From an uncultured delta proteobacterium (GTDB lineage Bacteria; Myxococcota_A; Polyangia; Polyangiales; Houyiibacteriaceae), in assembly GCA_963746475.1 (NCBI GenBank), contig CAVVBB010000004.1, forward strand, positions 21,415 to 85,414: a DNA stretch of 64,000 bases, written 5' to 3'. The position numbers were made by a program, and so were the translations under genes. Every line of letters starts with the position of its first letter. Positions within the stretch are counted from its first letter, which is position 1. Below are positions 1-7,432 of this stretch, in pieces. Under the pieces are notes generated by a model that made no database searches, had not been told where the DNA came from, and saw only the letters and a list, made by a program, of their open reading frames with translations.

Positions 1-1
1 T

Positions 2-718
2 GCAGCCCTGGGTCTCATTGTGGTGTTCGGGACAGCGCGCGCCGGGATCCGGAGCATTCCCGTCTATTTTCTGCTTGGCGGGGTCGTTTGGCTGGCATTC
101 GACGCCTCGGGAATTCATGCCACGATCGCCGGTGTTGCGCTGGGCCTGATGACACCCGCACGAGGCTGGGTGAGCGACGATCGCCTGCGTGCAATCTTCG
201 GTCGTGTGCTGGCCTATCCGCAGGGCGAGCACTGGAGCGGAGATACGGCGGATCGCGCGCACCTCCGGCAGGCCGGTCGCGCGGCGCGCGAAGTCATTTC
301 TCCGCTGGAACAACTCGAGATGAAGCTGCACCCCTGGGTGGGCTTCGCGATCATGCCGATCTTTGCTCTCGCCAATGCAGGCGTTCCGATCTCCAGCGCC
401 GGACTGAACGATCCGGTTACCGTGGCCATCGTCGCCAGTCTGGTACTTGGCAAGCCGATGGGTGTGGTTGCGATGAGTTGGCTGGCCGTGCGTGTTGGTC
501 TCGCGACACGGCCTGAGTCCCTGAGCTGGCCATTTTTGTGTGCCGGCGCCGTCCTCACCGGCATCGGCTTCACGATGTCACTGTTCATCGCCGGGCTGGC
601 GTATCCGCCCGCCATGCTGGACGCTGCGAAGATTGGGATCCTTGGCGGGTCGGTCGTTTCGGCCGCAGCCGGCCTTTCCTGGCTTGGATGGCTGAGTCGC
701 AAGAAGCAAGCGGCGTGA
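2..718 (+). CDS. nhaA: Na+/H+ antiporter NhaA, 5'-truncated by the window edge
   Basis: The frame is open from base 2 to TGA 716-718. The translation (GIHATIAGVALGLMTPAR, HPWVGFAIMPIFALANAGV, GIGFTMSLFIAGLAY) is colinear with the complete NhaA paralogue at 5638-6957. Confidence 0.9.
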   Translation, partial: AALGLIVVFGTARAGIRSIPVYFLLGGVVWLAFDASGIHATIAGVALGLMTPARGWVSDDRLRAIFGRVLAYPQGEHWSGDTADRAHLRQAGRAAREVISPLEQLEMKLHPWVGFAIMPIFALANAGVPISSAGLNDPVTVAIVASLVLGKPMGVVAMSWLAVRVGLATRPESLSWPFLCAGAVLTGIGFTMSLFIAGLAYPPAMLDAAKIGILGGSVVSAAAGLSWLGWLSRKKQAA

Positions 719-1938
719 CGGAAGAACGCATCCACCACCCTGAGGGCGGGCCCGCGGGGGGCGTCGTCCTCAAAGTCGAGGTCACCACAGTCCCCGCGAA
801 GGAGTCCGTGGAGCTCCTCGACGGTGGCGATCGGGCCTACCCAGCCATGCTCTCTGCCATCGCGCACGCCCGAACGAGTGTGGACTTGGAGGTCTACGCC
901 TTCGCCCCGTCCGGCGTTGGCGCGCGCTTCGTCGACGCACTGGGCAACGCGGCACGGCGAGGTGTGGCGGTTCGTGTGGTGATCGACGGCTGGGGCTCAG
1001 CGCGTCGTGGGCGCGCCGTCGCGAAGTCCCTGCGCGAGGCCGGCTGCGTGGTCCGAATCTATCATCGTTTACTTGCCCTCCTCGTTGGTCGGTTCGGTCG
1101 CAACCATCGCAAGGTCCTGATCGTCGACGACGAGATTGCGTTTCTCGGTGGGATCAACATCGGCGACGAAAACCTCGACGAGGGTACCTACCCGGGCTGG
1201 GCCGACCTGGCGCTCGCGATTCACGGTCCCCAGTGCGCACGGCTCGCCGCGATGATTCGACGCCATCCGCTCGGCCCAGTGAACAGCTCGGTGCGTATCC
1301 ATCTCTGCGGTCTCGGAGGAGGCTGGCGTCTGCGCCGACGCTATATCAAGATGTTCGCCGACGCGCGGTCACGTATCCATATCGCCCACGGCTACTTTCT
1401 GCCTGATCGTGGTGTCGTCCGCGCCATCACAAACGCCGCCCGGCGTGGCGTGCAAGTCCGTCTGCTGCTCGCTGGACGCAGCGACATTCCGTTCGCGCGC
1501 GCGGCCGCGAGGAGCCTCTATCGGCGCTTGCTGGCGGCAGGGGTCGTCATCCACGAGTGGAACGAATCGGTGCTGCACGCGAAAGTTGCCACCGTAGATG
1601 GGAACCGCCTCCTTTTGGGGAGTTTCAACCTGGATCCGTTCTCGCTCGCCAACTTGGAGACGCTGGTGGAGGTCAGCGACCACGCCGTCGTTCAGCAGAC
1701 CGAAAGGTGGATTCAAGACCGATTGGAACGTTCACATGTGATCACGTCTTTGGAGGCAACGTCACGGCTGCGGAGATGGCTGCTCGACCCACTGGGCCGG
1801 CTCGTTGCCCGACTCGCAGAGGCAACCAGTCGTGTCATCGCGAGTCAGAAGCGGCGGCGGGCATCGACGGACTACTCCGCGTCCACGGCGGCTCCCAGTC
1901 GCGGTCCTGCCGACCAATCTGTGGAGGATGACTCTTGA
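715..1938 (+). CDS. Phospholipase-D family protein, cardiolipin-synthase (ClsB)-like, with two HKD motifs
   Basis: Two HKD motifs are present: HRKVLIVDD..GGINIGDE and HAKVATVDGNRLLLGSFNLD. An in-frame GTG at 715 overlaps the nhaA stop (GTGA). The ORF-track start at 538 would overlap nhaA by 180 nt, so I did not use it. The start is uncertain. Confidence 0.8.
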   Translation: MTEERIHHPEGGPAGGVVLKVEVTTVPAKESVELLDGGDRAYPAMLSAIAHARTSVDLEVYAFAPSGVGARFVDALGNAARRGVAVRVVIDGWGSARRGRAVAKSLREAGCVVRIYHRLLALLVGRFGRNHRKVLIVDDEIAFLGGINIGDENLDEGTYPGWADLALAIHGPQCARLAAMIRRHPLGPVNSSVRIHLCGLGGGWRLRRRYIKMFADARSRIHIAHGYFLPDRGVVRAITNAARRGVQVRLLLAGRSDIPFARAAARSLYRRLLAAGVVIHEWNESVLHAKVATVDGNRLLLGSFNLDPFSLANLETLVEVSDHAVVQQTERWIQDRLERSHVITSLEATSRLRRWLLDPLGRLVARLAEATSRVIASQKRRRASTDYSASTAAPSRGPADQSVEDDS

Positions 1939-2223
1939 GCTCGAAGCGCGCGCCGAGCGACTCCTCGAAGGCGAGGACGTCTTGGAAGAGCCGAACGAGG
2001 GCTCCGTGGATGTCACCGGCGGCGCAGATGATCATGGCTCGTCCACCATGCCCGCTGCCGGCAACTCGTCCAAGCGCAAGAGCGCAGGCCCAGGGGCGAC
2101 CGTTGCAGATCGTGCAAGGGTTGGCCGGCGTCGCTCCGGTGACTCTAAGGTTTACAGCCCTGCTAACCCCAGAGCCGTTTTCGTTGGCAACAGACCAACG
2201 GCATCGCCCAGCCATTTCGCGCC

Positions 2224-2445
2224 CGTGCTCTGAGCATCGTCGCGAGCGACGACAACGCTAGCGACATCAACGACGTGCGCGCTGTGAAGCAGCGGGTGGC
2301 GAGTTGGCAACGGGCCGAGCTGTAAAGCTCAGAGCCACGAGCTGTTAAACGCGGCCCTCAGAGCTCTGCCCGGCTCTGAGCCCCAGACGCGGCTCTCTGC
2401 GTGCTCGATCAGCACGTCGGCGACGACCTCGTGCTCTGAGCATCG
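2224..2445. repeat. Cluster of GCTCWGAGC near-palindromes, including a 16-nt direct repeat
   Basis: cgtgctctgagcatcg occurs at 2224-2239 and again at 2430-2445. GCTCTGAGC or GCTCAGAGC cores lie at 2227, 2327, 2373 and 2433, with a one-mismatch copy at 2356. Confidence 0.7.
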
Positions 2446-2500
2446 CGCTCGCCGAAGCACCGCGCGATCACCACCGACGCGCAAGACCCCGCGGAAGCAC

Positions 2501-2545
2501 GGGAAAAAGAAGAGGGCCTCGCCGGTCATCCCGATGAGGCCCTCT
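2501..2545 (-). terminator. Rho-independent terminator downstream of tRNA-Asn
   Basis: Perfect 10-bp stem agagggcctc (2511-2520) / gaggccctct (2536-2545) with a 15-nt loop. On the minus strand it is followed by TCTTTTTCCC (complement of 2501-2510). It lies 39 nt after the tRNA 3' end. Confidence 0.7.
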
Positions 2546-2584
2546 GTTTACCTGGCGCCCAAGGGTGTTCGCCTTGGGCAAAAA

Positions 2585-2660
2585 TGGCTCCAGCGGTAGG
2601 ACTCGAACCTACGACCAAGCGATTAACAGTCGCCCGCTCTACCAACTGAGCTACGCTGGA
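2585..2660 (-). tRNA. tRNA-Asn (anticodon GTT), CCA encoded
   Basis: Reverse complement reads TCCAGCG-TA-GCTCAGTTGGTAGAGC-G-GGCGACTGTTAATCGCT-TGGTC-GTAGGTTCGAGTCCTAC-CGCTGGA-G-CCA. It has a 7-bp acceptor stem, D, anticodon and T arms, an anticodon loop CT-GTT-AA and GTTCGAGTC in the T-loop. Length is 76 nt. Confidence 0.95.
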
Positions 2661-2674
2661 AAATGCGAGCCCCA

Positions 2675-2702
2675 GGAATAGCTCGGCTGTTGGGGCTGTC
2701 AA
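2675..2702 (-). promoter_or_regulatory. Putative sigma70-type promoter for tRNA-Asn
   Basis: On the minus strand: TTGACA (complement of 2697-2702), a 16-nt spacer, then TATTCC (complement of 2675-2680). The -10 element ends 14 nt before the mature tRNA 5' end. Confidence 0.4.
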
Positions 2703-2787
2703 GAAGGCTTCCGCGGGTTTGCGAGCTTTCATACGAACCGGCGCAGCGGCGCGGTTTGATTTGGGAAACCCGAGTTATCGTCTGGCG

Positions 2788-3507
2788 ATGAGTGGGTTGG
2801 AAGAAGGGCTCGAGGCACGGCTTGCTTCGCTCGATTGGGAGCGGGCGCAGGCCGAGTTGGACGCACGCGGCCACGCGCTGCTGGGGCCGATTCTGAGTCC
2901 GGCGGAGTGCGGCTCTCTCATCGAAGCCTATGAAGAGGATCTCTACCGCAAGCAGATTGTGATGGACGCGCACAGTTATGGCAGCGGGGAGTACAAGTAC
3001 TTCCGGTATCCGCTGCCCGAGCCGGTGGCCGGGCTACGCGAGGGGCTCTATGCGCGCCTGGTGCCCCTGGCGAATCGCTGGGCGGAGGCCTTGGGGCAGG
3101 AGGCGCGCTATCCGCCGACGCTGCCGGAGCTGATCGAGCGCTGCCGTGCCCAGGGGCAGGAACGACCGACGCCGCTGCTGCTTCGTTACGAGCGCGGAGG
3201 CTACAACCGGCTTCATCAGGATATGTACGGGGCGGTTCATTTTCCGCTTCAGGTGCTGGTCTTGTTGAGTCGGCCGGAGGCGGATTTTCGAGGCGGGCAG
3301 GTGGTTTTCACGGAGCAGCGGGCCCGGGTTCAGTCGCGCCCGTATGTGGCCGCGCCGGGGCAGGGTGAGGGGCTGGTTTTCGCCTCCAACCGACGGCCGA
3401 TTCTGGGCAAGCGAGGCTATGTGGCGCTGACGATGCGACACGGGGTGAGCGATGTGCTTTCGGGGCAGCGCTTCACGCTGGGTCTCATCTTCCACGATGC
3501 GGAGTGA
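2788..3507 (+). CDS. 2OG-Fe(II) oxygenase family protein (PF09859-like)
   Basis: Contains YERGGYNRLHQDMYG (HxD), FPLQVLVLLS..DFRGGQVVF and a late H in RHGVS, typical of the prolyl-hydroxylase-like 2OG oxygenase family. The ATG at 2788 (MSGLEEG...) is preferred over 2719, which abuts the tRNA promoter region. Confidence 0.7.
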   Translation: MSGLEEGLEARLASLDWERAQAELDARGHALLGPILSPAECGSLIEAYEEDLYRKQIVMDAHSYGSGEYKYFRYPLPEPVAGLREGLYARLVPLANRWAEALGQEARYPPTLPELIERCRAQGQERPTPLLLRYERGGYNRLHQDMYGAVHFPLQVLVLLSRPEADFRGGQVVFTEQRARVQSRPYVAAPGQGEGLVFASNRRPILGKRGYVALTMRHGVSDVLSGQRFTLGLIFHDAE

Positions 3508-3795
3508 CTACGGGCGCGCGCGAGTTCGCCGCTTTGCGGTGCAGGAGCGCTGAGCGGAGCTTGCATCACGCTCCTGACGAATTCGCGGGTGCAGCGGGAG
3601 CTTGCGTACTCTCGGGCCGCGGATGTGCCCGTTCTCCTCCCCTGGATCTCGATTTTTTGGGGGAAACTGCCGGTTTCAGGGCATGCTTTGCATGACGGTT
3701 TTGGCTGTGTTGCTATCGGTGACTGAATATTGCCCGGCTTCGGGCGTCATGCATTGTTGGCAAATGGCTGTGCCTAGTCTACATGGGGCCCGTCC

Positions 3796-4269
3796 ATGAG
3801 GGAGAACAAGATCACACGTCTGCTCGGTCTCGTTTCGCTGCTCCTGTGTGCGGCCGCGATCTCGAATGTCGCCGCACAGGACGACGACCCGGCGGCTGAC
3901 AACACGCTGCGGATCCGGGTCACGGGTGCGAAGAACGACGATGGCCGTGTCGCCTGTGCGCTCTTTTGGAAGAACAAGGGTTTTCCTTGGAAGCCGCGGC
4001 GCGCGCTCCGACGGACCTGGGCCGAGCTCGAAGGGGAGACAGCCGAGTGTGTGTTCAGGCGCACAGGGCTGGGCGAGTACGCTGTCTCGGTGTTTCACGA
4101 CGAGAACGACAACGGAAAGTTCGATACGACCTTGGGGCTGCCCGCCGAGGGCTGGGGGGTCTCGAACAACGTGGCCGCCAAGCGTGTAGGCCGGCCGCCC
4201 AAGTACAAGGACACGCAGTTCAAGTACGAAGGGGGCCCGATGGAGCTGGAGATTCAGCTGATCTATTGA
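3796..4269 (+). CDS. Secreted DUF2141-domain protein
   Basis: N-terminal signal peptide (LLGLVSLLLCAAAISNVAAQ). Motifs LRIRVTGAKNDDGRVACALF and VSVFHDENDNGKFDT..GLPAEGWGVSNN are characteristic of DUF2141. Confidence 0.75.
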   Translation: MRENKITRLLGLVSLLLCAAAISNVAAQDDDPAADNTLRIRVTGAKNDDGRVACALFWKNKGFPWKPRRALRRTWAELEGETAECVFRRTGLGEYAVSVFHDENDNGKFDTTLGLPAEGWGVSNNVAAKRVGRPPKYKDTQFKYEGGPMELEIQLIY

Positions 4270-5512
4270 TCGGCTGCTCCTGACGCTCGTGGGCGTAGCC
4301 ACCGCGCACGGCGTTCAAAAAGCGCAGGCATGCATCGACCATGCGCGCCGTTCGCGGTGAAAAGAAGATGTCGAAGGCGTGCTGGGCGCCGAGTAGCTCG
4401 GCGTAATAGACGGGCGCCTTCGATGTCTCGCGTAGCTTCTCGACGAAGTAACGCGCGTCCTTCACGGGCGCCAAGGTGTCTTTGTCGCCGTGAATGACGA
4501 AGAAGGGCGGAGCCTCGGGGTGGACCCGGTCGATGGGCGAAGCCCGGTGGTATTTGTCCGGATCTTCCTCCAAGAAGGCTTTCATGATCATCGGCTCCAA
4601 GACGCGTTCGCGAAATGTGGGCATGAGGGACGCGAGCCGGTTCGTGAAGTCGTAGACGCCGTAGACCGGGATGGCGGCCTGGACGCTGGTGTCCGCGTCC
4701 TCGAAGCCTGGCTGATACTCCGGATCGTTCGCGGTCAGACCCATCATGGCGGTCAGGTGACCGCCCGCCGAGCCTCCGGTCACCGCGATGAAGTTCGGGT
4801 CGACGCCATACTCGTCGGCGCGCTCACGAATCCACTTGAGCGCGTACTTCAGATCGATGAGGTGCTCGGGGAAGGTGGCGGCCGGGCTCAGTCGATAGTT
4901 GACGTTGAAGCAGACCCAGCCGTTCGCGGCCAGGTGTCGAAGCAGCGGTTGGCCTTGTTCGCGCTTGTCGCCGATGATCCAGGCGCCTCCGTGGATCTGC
5001 ATGATCGCGGGGCGGTTCTTGTCGGGGCCTCTTGGCCTGACGATGTCCAGTTTGAGACGCTTGCCGGCGACCGAGCGATACTCGATGTCGCGTTCCGTCA
5101 TGATCCCCGAGCGCCGGGCCAGAATCGGCAGCACCACGTGGTGCTTTGGCACGCGGTCGGTTTTGTCGGGCAGCGGCACGTTCTGCAGCGCCTCTTCGAA
5201 GGTGTGCGCCGACTTGCGGCCGCCGCGAAACAGGCTGAGCAGACCGATCCAGGAGACGAGCGTGATGCCGAGCCCCAGCCAGCCGGGCCATGCCGAGAGC
5301 GCGCCGAAGTGCAGCAGCACGCCGGTGGCGATCGCCTGCCAGGCGATGTGCTGTAGGGCCAGCTCCGAGGTGAGCCAGGAGCTGAAGAAGCTCGGTACGA
5401 AGAAGAGCGCTCTGCCGCGAATGGGTACGAATGCGTTGATGGTGAACAGCGCACCGACCGCGCTCGCAAGGAGCATGATCCAAGGTGCCAGCGCCGCTAG
5501 ATCAAACGTCAT
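4220..5512 (-). CDS. Membrane-anchored alpha/beta hydrolase (esterase/lipase, HSL-like fold-3)
   Basis: Three predicted N-terminal TM helices, then an HGGAWIIGDK oxyanion motif, GGSAGGHL nucleophile elbow and C-terminal HGDKD. The 3' end overlaps the convergent DUF2141 gene by 50 nt. Confidence 0.8.
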   Translation of the reverse strand: MTFDLAALAPWIMLLASAVGALFTINAFVPIRGRALFFVPSFFSSWLTSELALQHIAWQAIATGVLLHFGALSAWPGWLGLGITLVSWIGLLSLFRGGRKSAHTFEEALQNVPLPDKTDRVPKHHVVLPILARRSGIMTERDIEYRSVAGKRLKLDIVRPRGPDKNRPAIMQIHGGAWIIGDKREQGQPLLRHLAANGWVCFNVNYRLSPAATFPEHLIDLKYALKWIRERADEYGVDPNFIAVTGGSAGGHLTAMMGLTANDPEYQPGFEDADTSVQAAIPVYGVYDFTNRLASLMPTFRERVLEPMIMKAFLEEDPDKYHRASPIDRVHPEAPPFFVIHGDKDTLAPVKDARYFVEKLRETSKAPVYYAELLGAQHAFDIFFSPRTARMVDACLRFLNAVRGGYAHERQEQPINRSAESPAPSGPLRT

Positions 5513-5637
5513 CGTCGAGCCCGGAGTCTAGCACGAGTTCTTTCAGGTCATCCTGTGACGGGGCCTTGCACGGGTTTTGACAAGTCTGGGTCCGAGGTGC
5601 TTTCGTTCGTTGGGCTGTACTTGCCCCCCGCTGAACC

Positions 5638-6957
5638 ATGGCCGCGAACCTTCCTTCCCAGCATACCGAGTTCCCCTCGCGCCGTATCGAACAGCTCACA
5701 CGCCCGTTCGTTCAGTTCATGCAGGTCGAGTCCGCCGGCGGCATCGTGCTGCTCGTGTGCACGGCGCTGGCGCTGTTCTTGGCGAACTCTCCTTGGGCGG
5801 AGGCCTATCACCACTTTTGGCATCTTCCCGTCAGCCTCGGCGTCGGCGAGTATAGTTTGTCGCACTCGCTCGAGTACTGGATCAACGACGCGCTGATGGT
5901 GATCTTCTTCTTCGTCATCGGCCTCGAGATCAAGCGCGAGATGGTGACCGGAGAGCTCAGCCAGCGAAAGCAGCTCATCCTGCCCGTGGCAGCCGCCCTG
6001 GGCGGGGTCGTCGTTCCGGTGCTCATTTACTTGTCCCGCCAGCTGGGCCAGGAGGGACAGCACGGTTGGGCCGTTCCCATGGCGACGGACATCGCCTTCG
6101 TGGTCGGCTGCATGGCGCTCCTCGGCAAGCGCGTGCCGCACGGTCTGAAGATCCTCATGCTCTCGCTTGCCATCGTCGACGACTTGGCGGCCGTGGTGGT
6201 GATCGCCGTTTTCTATACGGAGCAAATCCATGCCGTTTGGCTCGCCGGTGCGTTGGGCGGTTTCCTGCTCATCATCACACTGACGAGCGCCGGAGTGCGC
6301 GCGATCAGTGTCTATGTGGTGATGGGTGTCGTCGTTTGGTTCTGTATGCTCAAGTCTGGCGTGCACCCGACGATTGCGGGCGTGCTGCTCGGGCTGCTCA
6401 CGCCGGTTCGGGCCTTGCTTCCGGAAAAGGGCTACCTGAGCCTCCTCATCCGAACCTACGAGCAACTCAGTGACGCGAGCTTGAACGCGAACGCGCGTCG
6501 CCGCGCCTTGTCCGACCTGGCCTTTGCCACCCAGGAGACCGTGCCGCCCGTGATTCGCGTGGAGAGCGCGCTTCATCCCTGGGTGGCCTTCGTCATCATG
6601 CCCCTGTTCGCGCTGGCCAATGCCGGCGTAGCCATCGATGCCGGGTCCTTTGGCCAGCCGGTGGCCATGGCCGTTGCCCTGGGTCTGTTTGTGGGCAAAG
6701 CGACGGGGATATTCCTGGCCTCCTGGCTGACGATCAAGCTCGGCTGGACGGCGCTGCCGAGTGGCGTGAGCTGGAGCAGCCTGCTTGGCGCCGCCTTCTT
6801 GGGCGGCATCGGCTTCACGATGGCCCTCTTCATTGCAGCGCTCGGCCTGCAAGGCGCGATGCTGGATGCGGCCAAGGTCGGCGTGGTCGCCGGTTCGTTC
6901 GTCAGCGCCTGCGTCGGCATGCTGATTCTTTCCCGCAGCTCGGCGCGTACCGCTTAG
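5638..6957 (+). CDS. nhaA: Na+/H+ antiporter NhaA (complete)
   Basis: 439 aa. Contains ESAGGIVLL, the WINDALMVIFFFVIGLEIKRE signature, MATDIAF, LAIVDDL and HPTIAGVLLGL. Confidence 0.95.
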   Translation: MAANLPSQHTEFPSRRIEQLTRPFVQFMQVESAGGIVLLVCTALALFLANSPWAEAYHHFWHLPVSLGVGEYSLSHSLEYWINDALMVIFFFVIGLEIKREMVTGELSQRKQLILPVAAALGGVVVPVLIYLSRQLGQEGQHGWAVPMATDIAFVVGCMALLGKRVPHGLKILMLSLAIVDDLAAVVVIAVFYTEQIHAVWLAGALGGFLLIITLTSAGVRAISVYVVMGVVVWFCMLKSGVHPTIAGVLLGLLTPVRALLPEKGYLSLLIRTYEQLSDASLNANARRRALSDLAFATQETVPPVIRVESALHPWVAFVIMPLFALANAGVAIDAGSFGQPVAMAVALGLFVGKATGIFLASWLTIKLGWTALPSGVSWSSLLGAAFLGGIGFTMALFIAALGLQGAMLDAAKVGVVAGSFVSACVGMLILSRSSARTA

Positions 6958-7091
6958 TCACGCGGATTGCGGCTTTGTGCTGGCTCGTCTGCCCGGGGTC
7001 GTCACGCCGCCGGGCGAGTTCGAGCGGGTGACCGAGATGCATGGCGTCTTCGACGCGCTAAGATGGACGCCGAACAGCGCGGAGGTCCTCC

Positions 7092-7307
7092 ATGAGCCAA
7101 GGCAAGTACGACGAAGGCAAGGCCTGCCCCATCTGTGGCCAGCCCAACCAGTGTGCGGTGGCCAATGGGCGTGAGCACGAGAGCTGCTGGTGCTGGACTG
7201 CGACCATGGTGCCAGGCGTTCTCGACGCCGTGCCCGAGGATGCCAAGGGTGCCGTTTGCGTGTGCGCGAAGTGCGCCGCGGGAGCGCGGTCCGAATCGAA
7301 CGGCTGA
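7092..7307 (+). CDS. Cysteine-rich CWC-domain small protein
   Basis: 71 aa with CPICGQPNQC...CWCW...VCVCAKC, matching the cysteine-rich CWC family pattern. Confidence 0.65.
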   Translation: MSQGKYDEGKACPICGQPNQCAVANGREHESCWCWTATMVPGVLDAVPEDAKGAVCVCAKCAAGARSESNG

Positions 7308-7432
7308 GCGACATTGCGGACGGTGGCCGTCGCGCGTCGCGGTCGTCCCGAGCACCAGGCGCGGACCCGGCGGGGCGCGCGCGAATGAGAGCCCTCGCTC
7401 GTCATCGTTCCCTGAGGCGCTAGGCTAGCGGC

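Noticed and set aside
1939-2787. Genomic island integrated at tRNA-Asn
   Set aside because: There is no integrase or recombinase gene. I could find no direct repeat of the tRNA 3' end, and the flanking genes are ordinary housekeeping genes. Only the small repeat cluster and the possible gene stub are reported, as a finding.
3690-3780. Sigma54-like TGGCA/TTGCA elements upstream of the DUF2141 gene (ggcatgctttgcatg; ttggcaaatggctgtgcc). A similar element lies at 36908-36925.
   Set aside because: The GG-to-GC spacing is off by 1-2 nt from the -24/-12 consensus in every case, so these are not reported as promoters.
4220-4269. Convergent 3' overlaps of about 50 nt (DUF2141 with the hydrolase at 4220-4269; ptrB with the GT-like gene at 9523-9574) as possible antisense regulation
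   Set aside because: In GC-rich genomes, stop codons are sparse and the C-terminal tails of both partners are non-conserved-looking. This is most simply incidental overlap, with no structural or sequence feature supporting regulation.
5513-5637. Possible cation (Li+/Na+) riboswitch leader upstream of nhaA
   Set aside because: The spacer is only 125 nt and must also hold the divergent hydrolase promoter. I could not fold a convincing conserved stem set by eye, and I cannot run a covariance model (nhaA-I/nhaA-II). The claim is unsupported; a cmsearch would settle it.
5548-6852. 434-aa ORF antisense to nhaA. Similar long antisense or out-of-frame ORFs occur elsewhere, e.g. 13021-13911, 16144-17091, 41442-42449, 46421-47404, 49496-50476 and 61432-62898.
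   Set aside because: These are typical stop-codon-poor shadow frames of GC-rich DNA. Their translations are Arg/Gly/Pro/His-rich with no recognisable motifs. Each is fully overlapped by an opposite- or alternate-frame gene with clear family signatures.
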